NCBI GenBank assembly: GCA_964486045.1
Contig: CAZALK010000001.1
Location: 584,242 to 648,241 of the forward strand
Direction of reading: 5' to 3'
Origin: an uncultured archaeon
GTDB taxonomy: Archaea > Asgardarchaeota > Lokiarchaeia > Sigyniarchaeales > SOKP01
Length of the DNA: 64,000 bases
Both the position numbers and the translations under genes were made by a program. The stretch's first letter is position 1. Every line of letters starts with the position of its first letter. Of the stretch, positions 1-11,500 are shown piece after piece. Below the pieces are notes generated by a model that worked only from the letters and a program-made list of their open reading frames with translations, was not told the origin of the DNA and made no database searches.

Positions 1-1
1 C

Positions 2-178
2 CTTTGGATAGAAATTATTAGAAAAGTGGAAGAACCTAACTTTATTTTATTGAGAGATGCAGAAATAATTAGGAGAATTAAATCAGGAGATAATCAAAAA
101 ATTCCGGTTATTTCTGATAGTAAAAGTGAAGATTTATCAAAAGAAATAGATATAAATAATTTATTCGAAGAGGATTGA
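2..178 (+). CDS. 3' end of a CDS entering the window; possibly OB-fold/RPA32-like protein
   Basis: Open frame LWIEIIRKVEEPNFYLLRDAEIIRRIK...LFEED* ends TGA 176-178; EIIRKV..PN..LLR resembles the end of archaeal RPA small-subunit OB folds (weak). Confidence 0.45.
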   Translation, partial: LWIEIIRKVEEPNFILLRDAEIIRRIKSGDNQKIPVISDSKSEDLSKEIDINNLFEED

Positions 179-370
179 TCCTATTAGAAACTTAAGAATT
201 AGGAGAAAATTATGAGGGGTTAGTTTAACTCTCTAAAGATCCTAAAAAACAACTGAGTCTCCCCGATGGAAGATTAATTATGTATTAAAATTTCTTACTT
301 TTATTTTGAATAAAGGTAAAATATTTTTCTTATGAAGAATTAATTAATTTTAAAAAAGAAAATAGATGAA

Positions 371-790
371 ATGATTATGGATTTAAATAGTTATGAGGAA
401 TTGCTAGATAAAGCATATGAAAAGGTTCCAGAAAATGTAAAGAAATCATCAAGGTTCGAAATTCCTAAAGTAAATCTAAGAATTGAAAGCCGAAATACAT
501 TCATCACGAATTTTAATAAAATAATTAACACTCTTAATAGGGATAGAAGACATTTTTTAGGTGTCTTTTTAAAAAAAGCGGGTACAATGGGGGAAATTAG
601 GGGCCAGCAGTTATTTTTGAAAGGTCAATATAAGGATCAAGTATTAAATCGATTAATTGAGAATTATACAAAAACTTACGTGCTCTGTAATATTTGCAAC
701 AAACCAGATACGCAAATTCAAAGAGAAGGAAAGCGCTATTATTTGAAATGCACCGCTTGTGGTGCTAGAGAAGAAATTAAAGAAAAATAA
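371..790 (+). CDS. eif2b: translation initiation factor aIF2 beta subunit
   Basis: YEELLDKAY, RFEIP, C-terminal CxxC...CxxC zinc ribbon (CNICNKPDT, CTACGA). Confidence 0.95.
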   Translation: MIMDLNSYEELLDKAYEKVPENVKKSSRFEIPKVNLRIESRNTFITNFNKIINTLNRDRRHFLGVFLKKAGTMGEIRGQQLFLKGQYKDQVLNRLIENYTKTYVLCNICNKPDTQIQREGKRYYLKCTACGAREEIKEK

Positions 791-794
791 AATA

Positions 795-1109
795 ATGGGA
801 ATAAAATATTCAATGAATGTATATCTCAAAATTCACTATAGGGATGACGATGAAACTATAGCTTGTTGTGATGAAGAACTCCTCAATCAAGTAGTAAGAG
901 AAGGTAATCTAAAAATTGAAATATCGAATCAGTTTTTTGGAGGAAAATTGTTAACTTTAGATGAAGCAATTGAGGTTTTAAAGAAGGCTTCTTTTTTCAA
1001 TATAGTGGGAGAAAATATAATTGAAAAAGCTATCGATTGCAATTTATTACTTAGAGATGGTATTAAGCTAATAAATGGAGTCCCAATGGCAATAAAGATG
1101 ATGATTTAA
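795..1109 (+). CDS. DUF424 family protein
   Basis: IACCDEELL, FFGG, NIVG motifs; conserved position between aIF2b and NMD3; ATG 795 preferred over the overlapping 759 start. Confidence 0.85.
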   Translation: MGIKYSMNVYLKIHYRDDDETIACCDEELLNQVVREGNLKIEISNQFFGGKLLTLDEAIEVLKKASFFNIVGENIIEKAIDCNLLLRDGIKLINGVPMAIKMMI

Positions 1110-2020
1110 TGCCTAATCGATTCTGTGCGATATGCGGAAAAAAATTAGATAAAGATTCTCCTCATATTGGGATGTGCATTAATTGTTATTCAGAGGAACA
1201 TCCTTTATTCGATTTACCTAAAAAATTCACAATAAATGTTTGTATGGATTGTGGAAATTATTCTAAAAAGGATGTTTGGTTTGAACCTTCTGAGGATGAC
1301 TTATTTTCGATTCTAAGTGAAACAGTCCAAAAATTCTTGTTAAAATCGCTCATAAAAAATAACCAAATTAATCTCTCATTATCAATTAATGAGAATTCTT
1401 TAGTGTATTCTTCAAAGGATTTATTGAAATCTGTAGAAGTACTTATTAGTGGGGCTTTGAAGGGAAATTCAAATGTAAAGCACCAAATGGTAGTTCAACT
1501 AATTTTGAATCATTCTCTATGTAGGAATTGCTCTAACATACGGGGAGGCACTTACTTTGTATCAATTCTACAATTACGATTAAAGGATGAGAATCAATAT
1601 GAATTCATCCAAAAAATCTTAGAGGAGATAAATAAGTTTACTGCAAATCTTTCTACTAAGGACCATCGGCAATACATTTCAATGGTAGAGGATCAGAAAC
1701 ACGGAGTAGATTTATATCTTAGTACAAATGAAATAATGAATCATATTATAAAATTTCTAAGATCCCGTTATAACTTTTTATTAAAAAGAACAAAGAAATT
1801 AGTAGGAAGGGATAATCAGAGAGGTAAAAATCTTTACAGGTTAAAAGCTTCAATAAAATTTTTACCAGTAGGCTTAAATGATAGGGTTTTGATAAACGAT
1901 GAAGATTATATTATAGAAAGTATTACAAGAAGCAAAATAATTCTAAGAAGTAAAACCAATTCTAAATTGATAAAAAATTATTCATATTTTTTTAATGATA
2001 ATTTATATCAGAAGAAATAG
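1109..2020 (+). CDS. nmd3: NMD3 family 60S ribosomal export/biogenesis protein
   Basis: Four CxxC pairs, ILQLR, GVDLY, KLVGRD..GK..YR motifs. Confidence 0.9.
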   Translation: MPNRFCAICGKKLDKDSPHIGMCINCYSEEHPLFDLPKKFTINVCMDCGNYSKKDVWFEPSEDDLFSILSETVQKFLLKSLIKNNQINLSLSINENSLVYSSKDLLKSVEVLISGALKGNSNVKHQMVVQLILNHSLCRNCSNIRGGTYFVSILQLRLKDENQYEFIQKILEEINKFTANLSTKDHRQYISMVEDQKHGVDLYLSTNEIMNHIIKFLRSRYNFLLKRTKKLVGRDNQRGKNLYRLKASIKFLPVGLNDRVLINDEDYIIESITRSKIILRSKTNSKLIKNYSYFFNDNLYQKK

Positions 2021-2033
2021 AGGAAAATATTAA

Positions 2034-2870
2034 ATGGGAGAATTTGATGAAGATTTTGATGATTTCAACGATGAAGAATCAGCAAAAAAGTTCAATTCTA
2101 GCATTGATCAATTAGAAAAAAAGGGAATTGATTTTAAAAGAATAAAAAAGATTGATCAATCAAAGAAAAGAGCTGTAATTGAGTCAGTATTTGATGAACG
2201 CACAATTTTTAGTCTAAATAAGTTACTAGTAAACGGTCCATTAGAACGCGTAGAAGGTGTAATTTCGGCAGGCAAAGAAGCTAATGTGTATTTAGGTTAC
2301 GATGGTAACGGGAAAGAGGTTGCAATTAAGATTTATAAAATTGATAGTAATACTTCCAGATGGATGAGAAACTATATTGTTGGGGATCCAAGATTTAAGA
2401 AACTTCCTCACAATATTTCAAAAATCATCTTCCTGTGGGCAGGCAAAGAATTTAAAAACTTGAAAAGAGCGTTTAAAGTTGGTTTGAGCGTTCCTAAGCC
2501 AATTTATATTAGAGATAATATTTTAATAATGGAATATATTGGTTTTGAATCGATTCCCGCCCCATTATTAAAAGATATTAGAAAACCCAAAGAACCTCTT
2601 AACTTGTTTTCTGAGATTTTAAATTTCATGAAGCAATTATATAACAAAGCAAAATTAGTCCATGGAGATCTTAGTGAGTTTAATATTTTATATCACAATC
2701 AAAAACCTGTTATTATTGACATATCTCAAGCAGTTTCTACTCAACACCCTAAAGCGGAGGTTTATTTAGCAAGAGACATCAAAAACATTTTTAATTTTTT
2801 TGCTAAGTTAGGAATAAAAACATCAAACCCAGAAGATTTCTATTATGATGTTATCAAAGTAGATATTTAA
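2034..2870 (+). CDS. rio1: RIO1 serine/threonine kinase
   Basis: SAGKEANVY, AIKIY, LVHGDLSEFNIL, IIDISQAV. Confidence 0.95.
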   Translation: MGEFDEDFDDFNDEESAKKFNSSIDQLEKKGIDFKRIKKIDQSKKRAVIESVFDERTIFSLNKLLVNGPLERVEGVISAGKEANVYLGYDGNGKEVAIKIYKIDSNTSRWMRNYIVGDPRFKKLPHNISKIIFLWAGKEFKNLKRAFKVGLSVPKPIYIRDNILIMEYIGFESIPAPLLKDIRKPKEPLNLFSEILNFMKQLYNKAKLVHGDLSEFNILYHNQKPVIIDISQAVSTQHPKAEVYLARDIKNIFNFFAKLGIKTSNPEDFYYDVIKVDI

Positions 2871-2915
2871 AAATCTTAAATCTTTCTATAAGATATTAAA
2901 ATTTAAAACCTAGGC

Positions 2916-3473
2916 ATGAAAATCGGTAAAAATAGGATAGCAGTTCTAATCGGAATAGATGGAAAAATAAAGAAAGAGATCGAAAAAGCCCTAGGTGTAA
3001 AACTTGATATAGATAGCAAGACCGGTGACTGCGAAGTTTTCCCTATAATAGATGATCCGAATTATGTTCCACTTAATGTTTACACAGCTCAAAAAGTCGT
3101 CAACGCGATTAATAGGGGTTTTAACCCTTCTAAAGCTATGAAATTAATGAAAGAAAATTATGATCTTGAAGTTTTTAACCTACTTTCAATATTGGGAAAA
3201 TCAGAAAAACACGTGAAACGAGTAAAAGGACGAATCATTGGAAGGAACGGAGAAATGAGAAGAGCTATTGAAAGGTTTGGCGAGAGTTTTGTATCTGTTT
3301 ACGGTAAAACTGTTTCTATAATTGCGCTATATGAAGATTTGCAAATTGCACGGAAGGCAATTAATATGTTAATAAAAGGATTACCCCATAATATGGTTAT
3401 AAAATATTTAGAAAGAAAATATAATGATAAAAAGAAAGAACAATTCAAACAAATGTACAAACCAGAATTCTAA
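2916..3473 (+). CDS. KH-domain pre-rRNA processing protein (Dim2/PNO1 family)
   Basis: RIAVLIG, AINRGF, GRIIGRNG KH motifs; follows rio1 as in other archaea. Confidence 0.9.
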   Translation: MKIGKNRIAVLIGIDGKIKKEIEKALGVKLDIDSKTGDCEVFPIIDDPNYVPLNVYTAQKVVNAINRGFNPSKAMKLMKENYDLEVFNLLSILGKSEKHVKRVKGRIIGRNGEMRRAIERFGESFVSVYGKTVSIIALYEDLQIARKAINMLIKGLPHNMVIKYLERKYNDKKKEQFKQMYKPEF

Positions 3474-3478
3474 AATTA

Positions 3479-3844
3479 TTATGGAAATGTATCATTATAC
3501 ATTTTCAAAACTTGATTTCCTAAATCCTTACCATTTATAATTTCTCTCAATTCGATTAAAAGAGCTTTTTGACTTTCAATTTTCTCTACGGAATATAGCT
3601 CCTTAAATTTCTCCGTTTTGAAATTTTGAAGGTGCACTTCGAAGCTTTTGATTGAATATAAATTATCTTCATAAGATTTAAAAATAACAATACAACGCGG
3701 ATAAAGGTTCTTCTCTCGGAGGAAAATAGCCCATCCATCATAATAAAATTCAGAGTTAAAATAAAAAATATCTTTCCAAAACTGTAATTGTGTTAAAATT
3801 TCTTCGAACTCACTTTGTATTTCTTGAGAGAATTTGTTATTCAT
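3479..3844 (-). CDS. hypothetical protein
   Basis: 121-aa ORF downstream of ftsZ, no recognised motif. Confidence 0.6.
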   Translation of the reverse strand: MNNKFSQEIQSEFEEILTQLQFWKDIFYFNSEFYYDGWAIFLREKNLYPRCIVIFKSYEDNLYSIKSFEVHLQNFKTEKFKELYSVEKIESQKALLIELREIINGKDLGNQVLKMYNDTFP

Positions 3845-3885
3845 ACCATTAATTTAAATAGAGGTATAAAAAGAGATATTAAAAA

Positions 3886-4992
3886 TTAATCGAACGAAAT
3901 TTCGCTAATGTTAAAAATTTCATCTGATAATCTTATTTTTGACGGTTTAATATTTGTTTGGTGAACTGATTTATCCATTGAATATCCACTACCAAAAATT
4001 TGAGGAGATTTAATCCCTGTTATCAAGAGCATAACTCTAATGAATCCATCAAATTCATCCGAAACTCTAGCTCCCCATATCACCATAGAATCATTCACAG
4101 CCATTTTTTCAGAGATTTTTTTAGCAACGGAATTTGCTTCTGCAAGTGTCATATCATTTCCTCCACAAATATGAATCAAAGCTCCTTTTGCTCCATCAAT
4201 ACTTACATCTAATAATGGAGTATTCAATGCGTCATTAATTGCATCATCAACTCTATTTTCTTTTTGGTTGGATTCCCCAACACCTACAATCGCAACCCCA
4301 CCTGTGCTTAATATAGTTCTGACATCTGCGAAATCTAAATTGATCAAAGAAGGTAGTGAGATTGTTTCTGTTATACCTTTAACCATTGTCGCTAATACTT
4401 CATCAGCAACGCTAAATGCTTCAATTATTGGTAAATTGGGGGCAATTTCTAATAATCTATTATTATCAATTACCACTAATGTATCAACATATCGTTTTAA
4501 TAGATTTAAACCTGCTTTTGCTTTATCAATACGACCTATTTCTGTATCAAATGGTAATGTAACTACGCCTACGACTATTGCTCCTTCTAGTTTTGCTATT
4601 TCTGCCACAATTGGGGCGCTTCCCGTACCCGTGCCCCCCCCTTCACCACAAGTTATGAAAACTAAATTAGATTCCCTTAAAACTTTGGTTAAATCTTCTC
4701 GAGATTCTTCCGCTGCGGCTCTTCCAACTTCAGGATTTCCCCCAGCACCTAATCCTTTTGTGAGATTTTTACCAATTAAGATTTTAACATGTGATTCGAT
4801 ATTATCTAAATGTTGGCAATCAGTGTTAACACCCACGCATGTTGCACCTCTAATTCCTATTTTCATTAATCTATCAATTGTATTATTTCCAGCACCACCG
4901 CAGCCTATGATTTTTATATTAGCATAGCCAAAATTTGCTACCTCTGGTCTGATTACATCTCTTTTGCGTGCCTTTTTAATAAAAGTTTCCAT
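3886..4992 (-). CDS. ftsZ: cell division protein FtsZ
   Basis: IIGCGGAGNN, GLGAGGNPEVG, GGGTGTG tubulin signature, INLDFADVR. Confidence 0.97.
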   Translation of the reverse strand: METFIKKARKRDVIRPEVANFGYANIKIIGCGGAGNNTIDRLMKIGIRGATCVGVNTDCQHLDNIESHVKILIGKNLTKGLGAGGNPEVGRAAAEESREDLTKVLRESNLVFITCGEGGGTGTGSAPIVAEIAKLEGAIVVGVVTLPFDTEIGRIDKAKAGLNLLKRYVDTLVVIDNNRLLEIAPNLPIIEAFSVADEVLATMVKGITETISLPSLINLDFADVRTILSTGGVAIVGVGESNQKENRVDDAINDALNTPLLDVSIDGAKGALIHICGGNDMTLAEANSVAKKISEKMAVNDSMVIWGARVSDEFDGFIRVMLLITGIKSPQIFGSGYSMDKSVHQTNIKPSKIRLSDEIFNISEISFD

Positions 4993-5092
4993 AATTACTC
5001 CTTTCAGTCATTTTTACTACAAAAAAATATGAATAAAAAAATTAGAATTAATGTGTTATTGGGATAATACTTGTTTAAAATCTTGCTTCAAC

Positions 5093-6322
5093 TTATGTTA
5101 AGAAAAAATCCTTATCAATAATTGGATCAAAAATGGGTGTCCAGTTTTCATCCTTCACAAGAAATATTTTTGGTAAAGGATAAGGGAACCGATTTGAAAA
5201 AGTTAAACAATAAGCACCTGTGTTGGTTACGAGCACAATATCTTGTTCTTTTAAATTTTTTGTAAAAAAATAATTCTTTGATAATACATCTTGGTCTGTA
5301 GGAACAATCCCTGCAAAAGAAGTTTTATATTTATGAGGTTCATTAATCTGAGAAGCGTTATAAAAGCGTAAAGAGCATCTTGCAAATTTTGGACAGATAT
5401 GATTACCTATATTTAAAAATATCCACCGATCTTCATCTACTTTGATAATTTTAGTTATAAACATTCCAGAATCTCCTACGAAATATCTTCCAGGTTCAAA
5501 TGAGATACTGTCATGACTAATACCAGATTTATCTAAAATATCTTTCAAATTCTGAGCAATCTCCTTTAATTTTACACGGGGCATTACAGTAGCTTCTGGA
5601 AATCCTCCACCTAGATTTATATTCTTAATACTGATATCTTGCTTTAATAACAAATTCAGACTACTTACCAAAGATCTTATATTTTTTTCAAATTGATCAA
5701 TATTGTTCATTTGAGTCCCGAAATGAGATAAAACTGACGTTATTTTGATATTGTCATTGCTTTCTATTGATCTCTTGAGACGCTCAATATTATTGACACT
5801 TAATCTGATGCCTAAGTTACTATTATATTTTTGGGAATTAACTCTAATACATATGTTTTGAACCATATTACCTTCCTGAGCGATTGAATTTATTTTCTTT
5901 AAGTCATTTAGATTATATACTATAATCTCTTTAACATGATTTTTAATACTTTTTCTTATTAGCTCCCCTGGTAAATAAGGACCACCTACGATTATTTTTT
6001 CAGGTGAAAAACCAACATTTAATGCTAAATTAAGTTCGGGTAAACTTACGAGTGTAGCGCCAACACCTTCAGAATTTATAATTTTGCATATATCAAGAAG
6101 ATAATTAGCTTTTAATGAGTAATAACATTGGAAATTATCAAAAATATCGTTAAATATACCATTAAAAGATTTTATATTGTCCCGAATTCGATTTTCTAAG
6201 AAAATCATTAATGGAGTTTTGAATCTTTCTATTAAATCAGCCAAAGGTAGCGAATCTATAACAACTTTTCCATCTTTCCGATTGATATATGGATTTCCAG
6301 AGATTTTATTCATATATTTCAC
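5093..6322 (-). CDS. PLP-dependent fold-III decarboxylase (diaminopimelate/ornithine/arginine decarboxylase family), divergent
   Basis: YYSLKAN (PLP lysine), NLGGGF, FEPGRY, TGAY; several canonical residues altered. Confidence 0.8.
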   Translation of the reverse strand: MKYMNKISGNPYINRKDGKVVIDSLPLADLIERFKTPLMIFLENRIRDNIKSFNGIFNDIFDNFQCYYSLKANYLLDICKIINSEGVGATLVSLPELNLALNVGFSPEKIIVGGPYLPGELIRKSIKNHVKEIIVYNLNDLKKINSIAQEGNMVQNICIRVNSQKYNSNLGIRLSVNNIERLKRSIESNDNIKITSVLSHFGTQMNNIDQFEKNIRSLVSSLNLLLKQDISIKNINLGGGFPEATVMPRVKLKEIAQNLKDILDKSGISHDSISFEPGRYFVGDSGMFITKIIKVDEDRWIFLNIGNHICPKFARCSLRFYNASQINEPHKYKTSFAGIVPTDQDVLSKNYFFTKNLKEQDIVLVTNTGAYCLTFSNRFPYPLPKIFLVKDENWTPIFDPIIDKDFFLT

Positions 6323-7620
6323 TTTTCAGTTTTTATTAATTTTTGATACATTTGATGTGTGTGTCTTGCGACTATTTCCCAAGTGTAATTTTGAGATACC
6401 CTTAATTGACCAGCTAAACCAAGCTTTTTTCTTAATTTCTTGTTTTTTAGTAATTTTATAACTTTTTGAGCAGTATCCAGAGGATCATCAAACTCAACCA
6501 ATAGCCCATCAGTATTTTCCTTTATCACTTCGGGAGTAGCACCGATATTTGAGCCTACAACAGGTATTCCTGCAGCCCATGCTTCTAAAAACGCTATTCC
6601 AAAAGCATCACTCCTGCTGGGCATTAAAAATAAATCAGCTTCTTTGAAAGCTGTTAATTTTTTTTTATCATAATATCCAGTTAAATTATCAGGTGAAAAG
6701 TTAATAATTCTAGAATTTTTGAGCTTCTGTATTTTTGATAATTCTTGGTTGAAAGCTATCGTGGAAGGTCCGATAAAAACGAAATAGACTTTTTTAATTT
6801 TTTCAAGAATGAATGGAATTGACCTTAAAATAGTCAAAGCTCCTTTTTCAAAATTCTTACTTCCACAATATAATACTAATTTGTAATTTTTCTCTTTTTT
6901 TTTGAAAAATTTTTGTTTAAAGTAATAATTCATTAATTTAGTGTTATGTACATTTTCGAATATTTTATAATCTACTCCCATTGAAATAACTTTTATTTTT
7001 TCATCTCGGATCTTAAATTTTTTTACAAGAACATCTTTTTCAAGATTAGTACATGCGATTATCATATCGAACCTCTTTAAAATCTCAATTAGATCCGAGT
7101 TTAAATACCGGGGATTAGAAAAATGGAAAAACGGAGTACAGATAACAGGTATATTGATATATTTTCCAAGAATCAAACTTATAATCAGGTTAAAGTAAGG
7201 GAAAAACGTTGTATGGATTAAGTCGTAGTTTAATTTTTCTTGTTTTAAGAAATATTCTATTAAATCTCCCGTGAAGGGGCCGTTTTTAATGAAATTTTTT
7301 AATAAATTGTTGGAGAGATCGAGAGAATTAAATGATGAAATTCTTTTTAGCCTTTCAAGAATTTTTTCCTCGGTGATATTATATTCTATGGAAAATCTAT
7401 TTATTTTCAATGAATTTACTTCATTATAAAACTTATTATTCTCTCCTATTGTTTTTCCTTTGGGATCTCTTAAGGCTTTAAAATCAATAGCGTTAGATGT
7501 AAATATATCTATTTCATAGTTAAATTTATTAGTTAAGATCTCTGCCATTCTTTGAAAATAAAGTTCCGCGCCAGAAATGGAAGGAAAATATCGAGTTGGT
7601 AGATATAAGATATTATTCAA
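6319..7620 (-). CDS. glycosyltransferase family 4 (GT-B)
   Basis: YFPSISGAE, PSRSDAFGIAFLEAWAAGIPVV motif. Confidence 0.9.
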   Translation of the reverse strand: MNNILYLPTRYFPSISGAELYFQRMAEILTNKFNYEIDIFTSNAIDFKALRDPKGKTIGENNKFYNEVNSLKINRFSIEYNITEEKILERLKRISSFNSLDLSNNLLKNFIKNGPFTGDLIEYFLKQEKLNYDLIHTTFFPYFNLIISLILGKYINIPVICTPFFHFSNPRYLNSDLIEILKRFDMIIACTNLEKDVLVKKFKIRDEKIKVISMGVDYKIFENVHNTKLMNYYFKQKFFKKKEKNYKLVLYCGSKNFEKGALTILRSIPFILEKIKKVYFVFIGPSTIAFNQELSKIQKLKNSRIINFSPDNLTGYYDKKKLTAFKEADLFLMPSRSDAFGIAFLEAWAAGIPVVGSNIGATPEVIKENTDGLLVEFDDPLDTAQKVIKLLKNKKLRKKLGLAGQLRVSQNYTWEIVARHTHQMYQKLIKTEK

Positions 7621-7672
7621 TATTTTAAGGATCTTTTTTTATCTTTAAATAATAATAATATATTGGATACAG

Positions 7673-8065
7673 ATGTCAAAAGATTTATTGTTGAAAGTTT
7701 TTGAAAAAGTTAAGCAAAAACAGCTAATAGATGAAGAATTCATGTTATTCTTGGAACTTATATTCCCTGATAAATCTTCTGATGTAATGGATGTGTTGAA
7801 AAGAGGTATTACTAAACACATTTACAAACCTTCAAACAGGGTAGCTTGGACAGCTATGGGAAAAAATCAAGAACATTTAATATTTCCAAAACTATTTTGT
7901 TCTTGTCAAGATTTTTATAAAAATGTGGTAGTAAAAAGGAATAGAGAATTTTGTAAGCATATTTTGGCTCAGATAATCAGTGAAGCATTACAAGATTTTA
8001 AAGAAGCATCTTTAGATGATAACAAATTTAAAGATATTGTGACAGAATTAAAATTAAAAATTTAA
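7673..8065 (+). CDS. SWIM zinc-finger protein
   Basis: FCSCQDF...CKHILA (CxC...CxH). Confidence 0.85.
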   Translation: MSKDLLLKVFEKVKQKQLIDEEFMLFLELIFPDKSSDVMDVLKRGITKHIYKPSNRVAWTAMGKNQEHLIFPKLFCSCQDFYKNVVVKRNREFCKHILAQIISEALQDFKEASLDDNKFKDIVTELKLKI

Positions 8066-8196
8066 TTAAAGGTTTCTTTTTAAAATTTTATTTTGATTTC
8101 ATATGAGGTTTCTTATTTTACTCGAATCTCAATACTATCCCATTTCTTCTCTTCTCATTATTTATTTTAGATCTCTTTCTCCTATTCATCCTCGAT

Positions 8197-8520
8197 TTAC
8201 AAAGTGTAATCAAATTCCCCAGCAATTTCATTAAAATCATCCGTTGTCCCTGGCTTGAACGCACAAATAAAATGAAATGTTATAAATTGTTCACGATCTT
8301 CCGTATACAGATTAAAATAATTCATAAAGGTCAAATCTTGTATTTTTTGATTACATATTTGACATACCTGAGCTTTCTTGTAATTTTTTAAATCTGAAAG
8401 TAAACGCATTGTTTCTTGTTTGAGCAGTGATTTAAACCTTGCTCGAATACTTTCTTTAAATGACCTTTTTTCACTACTATTTGATATAATATCAATGCTT
8501 TTTTTTTCTCGAGTTGCCAT
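8197..8520 (-). CDS. hypothetical protein, possible zinc finger
   Basis: CQIC...HFIC; ATG 8520 preferred (ORF extends to 8571). Confidence 0.55.
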   Translation of the reverse strand: MATREKKSIDIISNSSEKRSFKESIRARFKSLLKQETMRLLSDLKNYKKAQVCQICNQKIQDLTFMNYFNLYTEDREQFITFHFICAFKPGTTDDFNEIAGEFDYTL

Positions 8521-8588
8521 CTTAAATTTTCTCTCTCCTTGTATAATTTGCTTATTTTTGATAATTTTCAATTTTAATTTTACCCTTT

Positions 8589-11500
8589 TTAATTATTAAA
8601 TGATTTCTCCTGAGATCTATCTTTAAACATTAAATCAGGGTAAATTTTTTCAAATTTTTCTGTAAATGATTTATGGTTCATCCAAATTTTATCTTTCCCA
8701 TTCCATTGTAAATTTTTTAAAGGGTTATATCTCTTCATAAAATCTAAATTACCGAATACGGATTTAATTAAATTTTTTCCATCATTTAAATCATTCAGAA
8801 TTAAATAATGTTTAATTTCTAAATATTGAAACAGTAAATTAAATACTGATATAAATTCACTAATCTCACATTTAGGAAAATATAACTTAATCATTAATCC
8901 TTCCTCAAATTTTATCTCTTGAGGAAATCCATAAATATAAAACTCTCCTTTAATTTCATGGATAAATCCAGCATTGAAGAAACTGAATATTTTAAAAAGA
9001 ATAGACTTTTTCCCTGCTTTTATATTTGGTAAAAAGATATAAACCTTTTTTTGGAATCCTAAATTCTTAAATCTAATATACGGAAATATTAGATTTTTTT
9101 TTAGCAGATTTAAAATCCGAGTTTTCATTGAATGTTTATTTGATCCAATAAATGATTTTAAGTCTACGGAACGCCAATTATATATGTGAACTAAGTCGTT
9201 AAATTCTGCCGAACTTGGTTCAAAGCGATTAGAATCTAGTATATCACTACTATTGAATGTCTTTATCCCTTGAATTGGAACGTCATAATCTGGATTAAGA
9301 AGAATATTTTGCATATAGATTTTGAATTTATCTGCATCATAATTCCAACCATCAAAACTTAAATTATAATTAATGTGGAAGATTTGATGAATTTTTTTAA
9401 CTGAAAAAGCCATATATTCTCGGATAATTTTCTTTGTTCTGACTAGCCAATTGAAATATTTCATATTTGGGTTTCTATGTGGCATTAAAAATTTGATAAG
9501 GAGAGAATTGGAATTATCGATGCATGTTGGATATTTAATTTTTTGAAAAGTATTCAGGAAAAGAAGCCTAAAATCTATCTCATCAATATCAGTCGGAAAA
9601 AAATATAGATAAAATTGTTCAAGCCCAAAATTTTGAAAAGCGGGAGTAATTCTGATAGATTTAATGAAATTTTTGAAGAAATATTCAGCTTTTAGTTTTT
9701 TTAACTTTTCTTCATTTAGTAGGTTATTTTTTAATGTTTTATTTAACTTTACTAGTTTATTTAGATTTTCCAATGAGATATCAGTATTTTCTAATGAATC
9801 GTGCATCTTTACAGCTGATATTAGATTTGTTAATGTTTTTTGTCGTGTCGACCACATTTTCTTAGGAGTATGACTCCTTTTCTCTAACTGTGTTCTGAAT
9901 GGTTTATCAAAAATTTTCTGTATAGATAGAAAGAGTTGCCCATAGAGAGCTTTAGTATAAAAAAATTGTTTCTTTTGAAAATCATAAAAGTGTTTCCTTG
10001 AAAGCACTGGAGAAAAGCCATTCCATAGATAGGATTCCCCATAAATAAGATCATCTTTAAAATTATTAATTAATATTGAAAATAATTGATCTTTTTCTTT
10101 TTTAGTTAAATAAGGACATGAGAATTCTATGTGAAGTAGAGATTCACTACTGACTAAATCTTTCGATATATTTATTATCGTTCTTGGGAAATATTTCTTT
10201 AGATCATCAATTTTAATTCTATTTTCTTGGCTATCTTTTATTAGTAATTGCAAAAAGTCGTTAACAAACATTTTAGTTACAACAGTATTCATTAAGTTTG
10301 GTTGAATGAGGGGAGGATTATTATTGAGAAATTTAGTCAATATCCCTTCAATTTCATTGTTAGTTATTTTGTATAGTTTAAATTTCTCATAAATCTCCTT
10401 TAACTTCGCTCGTTTAGTTTTGTAGAGTATTCCAACTAAATCCCTATTGCTTACAAGCTTTTTCACCCCATCTAAATCAAATAATTTCAATGAAAAGCAA
10501 GATTCGAATAGCTTATAAAAACTTCTATATTCCTCTAATTTTCTCTGGTAAAGTTTCCTCGATTCGAAATAAGCAGGGATTATCTCCTTATATATGATCT
10601 TTTTTATATAATGGTTTTTAAAAATTAGATTATCTTCAATAGATTGGGAAAAAATTTGAACTTCAATTAATTCTCGGAATTGAATTATATTTCTTATATC
10701 AGGATTACTCTCAAGGAGTTCCTTTACTGCACTTAAAATGACTAAACATTCTTTTAATAAAGAGTGAATAAAGAAAAACCCAAATTTCTTATTTCTTTCC
10801 AAAAAATATAGAAATTTTTTTTTCAAATCTTCAAAATTATGAAATTCTTCTAAAATAACTCTTAAATCTTTAACCTTTGTACGCTCATTTATGATAATAT
10901 TAAGTAAGTCAGACTTTATTATATTTAACGTGTCATTTCTTCGTTCAAATCCAAGCCCGCTTACAGAAAAGAACCTTATTCTATCAATAATTAAAAAATC
11001 GAGAAGTGAAAGTTCTGTTTTATAGTACTCTAACCCGTAATTTATTTTAAAGTCTATTTCATATTTTTCGCGATAATGACGGTGATTTGGATCTATCACT
11101 CGATGATTTTTTGAATACTCCCGAAAATAATTCAAATTAAGAAAATTTTCGCTTTTATTAAGTAATAAACAACGATGAGTTAGTACATAACCATAATCTT
11201 TTAATTTTTTAATAAATCTAAGAAAATCATTGAGATAAATTTTTGGGATTACGATATATCCTGAAAGATCTATCGCAAAACATTTATTTAAGATTTTAAG
11301 AGAGGCAAAAAACGGAAAAAGTTTTATTACTTTTAAGACTTTTCCTTTATCTAATATCGGATTAAATCTTAAAAATACACTGATCAAACAAACGTTTATC
11401 ACATTCCAATTCAACTGATAAGAAGGAGCAATATAACTATAACTGCTAATCCAATTCATGTTATTATTAAATTTATATAAACTCAATGGTGTATCTAACT

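Noticed and set aside
200-268. Eukaryote-like SECIS element
   Set aside because: ATGA-N11-AA spacing fits, but helix II is out of register with the GA core and no UGA-containing selenoprotein is visible in the window
4268-4927. 219-aa ORF and similar antisense ORFs (e.g. 37850-38335, 22651-22938, 19872-20189)
   Set aside because: Shadows of ftsZ, thermosome, proC and tRNA-Leu/neighbouring gene, with no independent motifs
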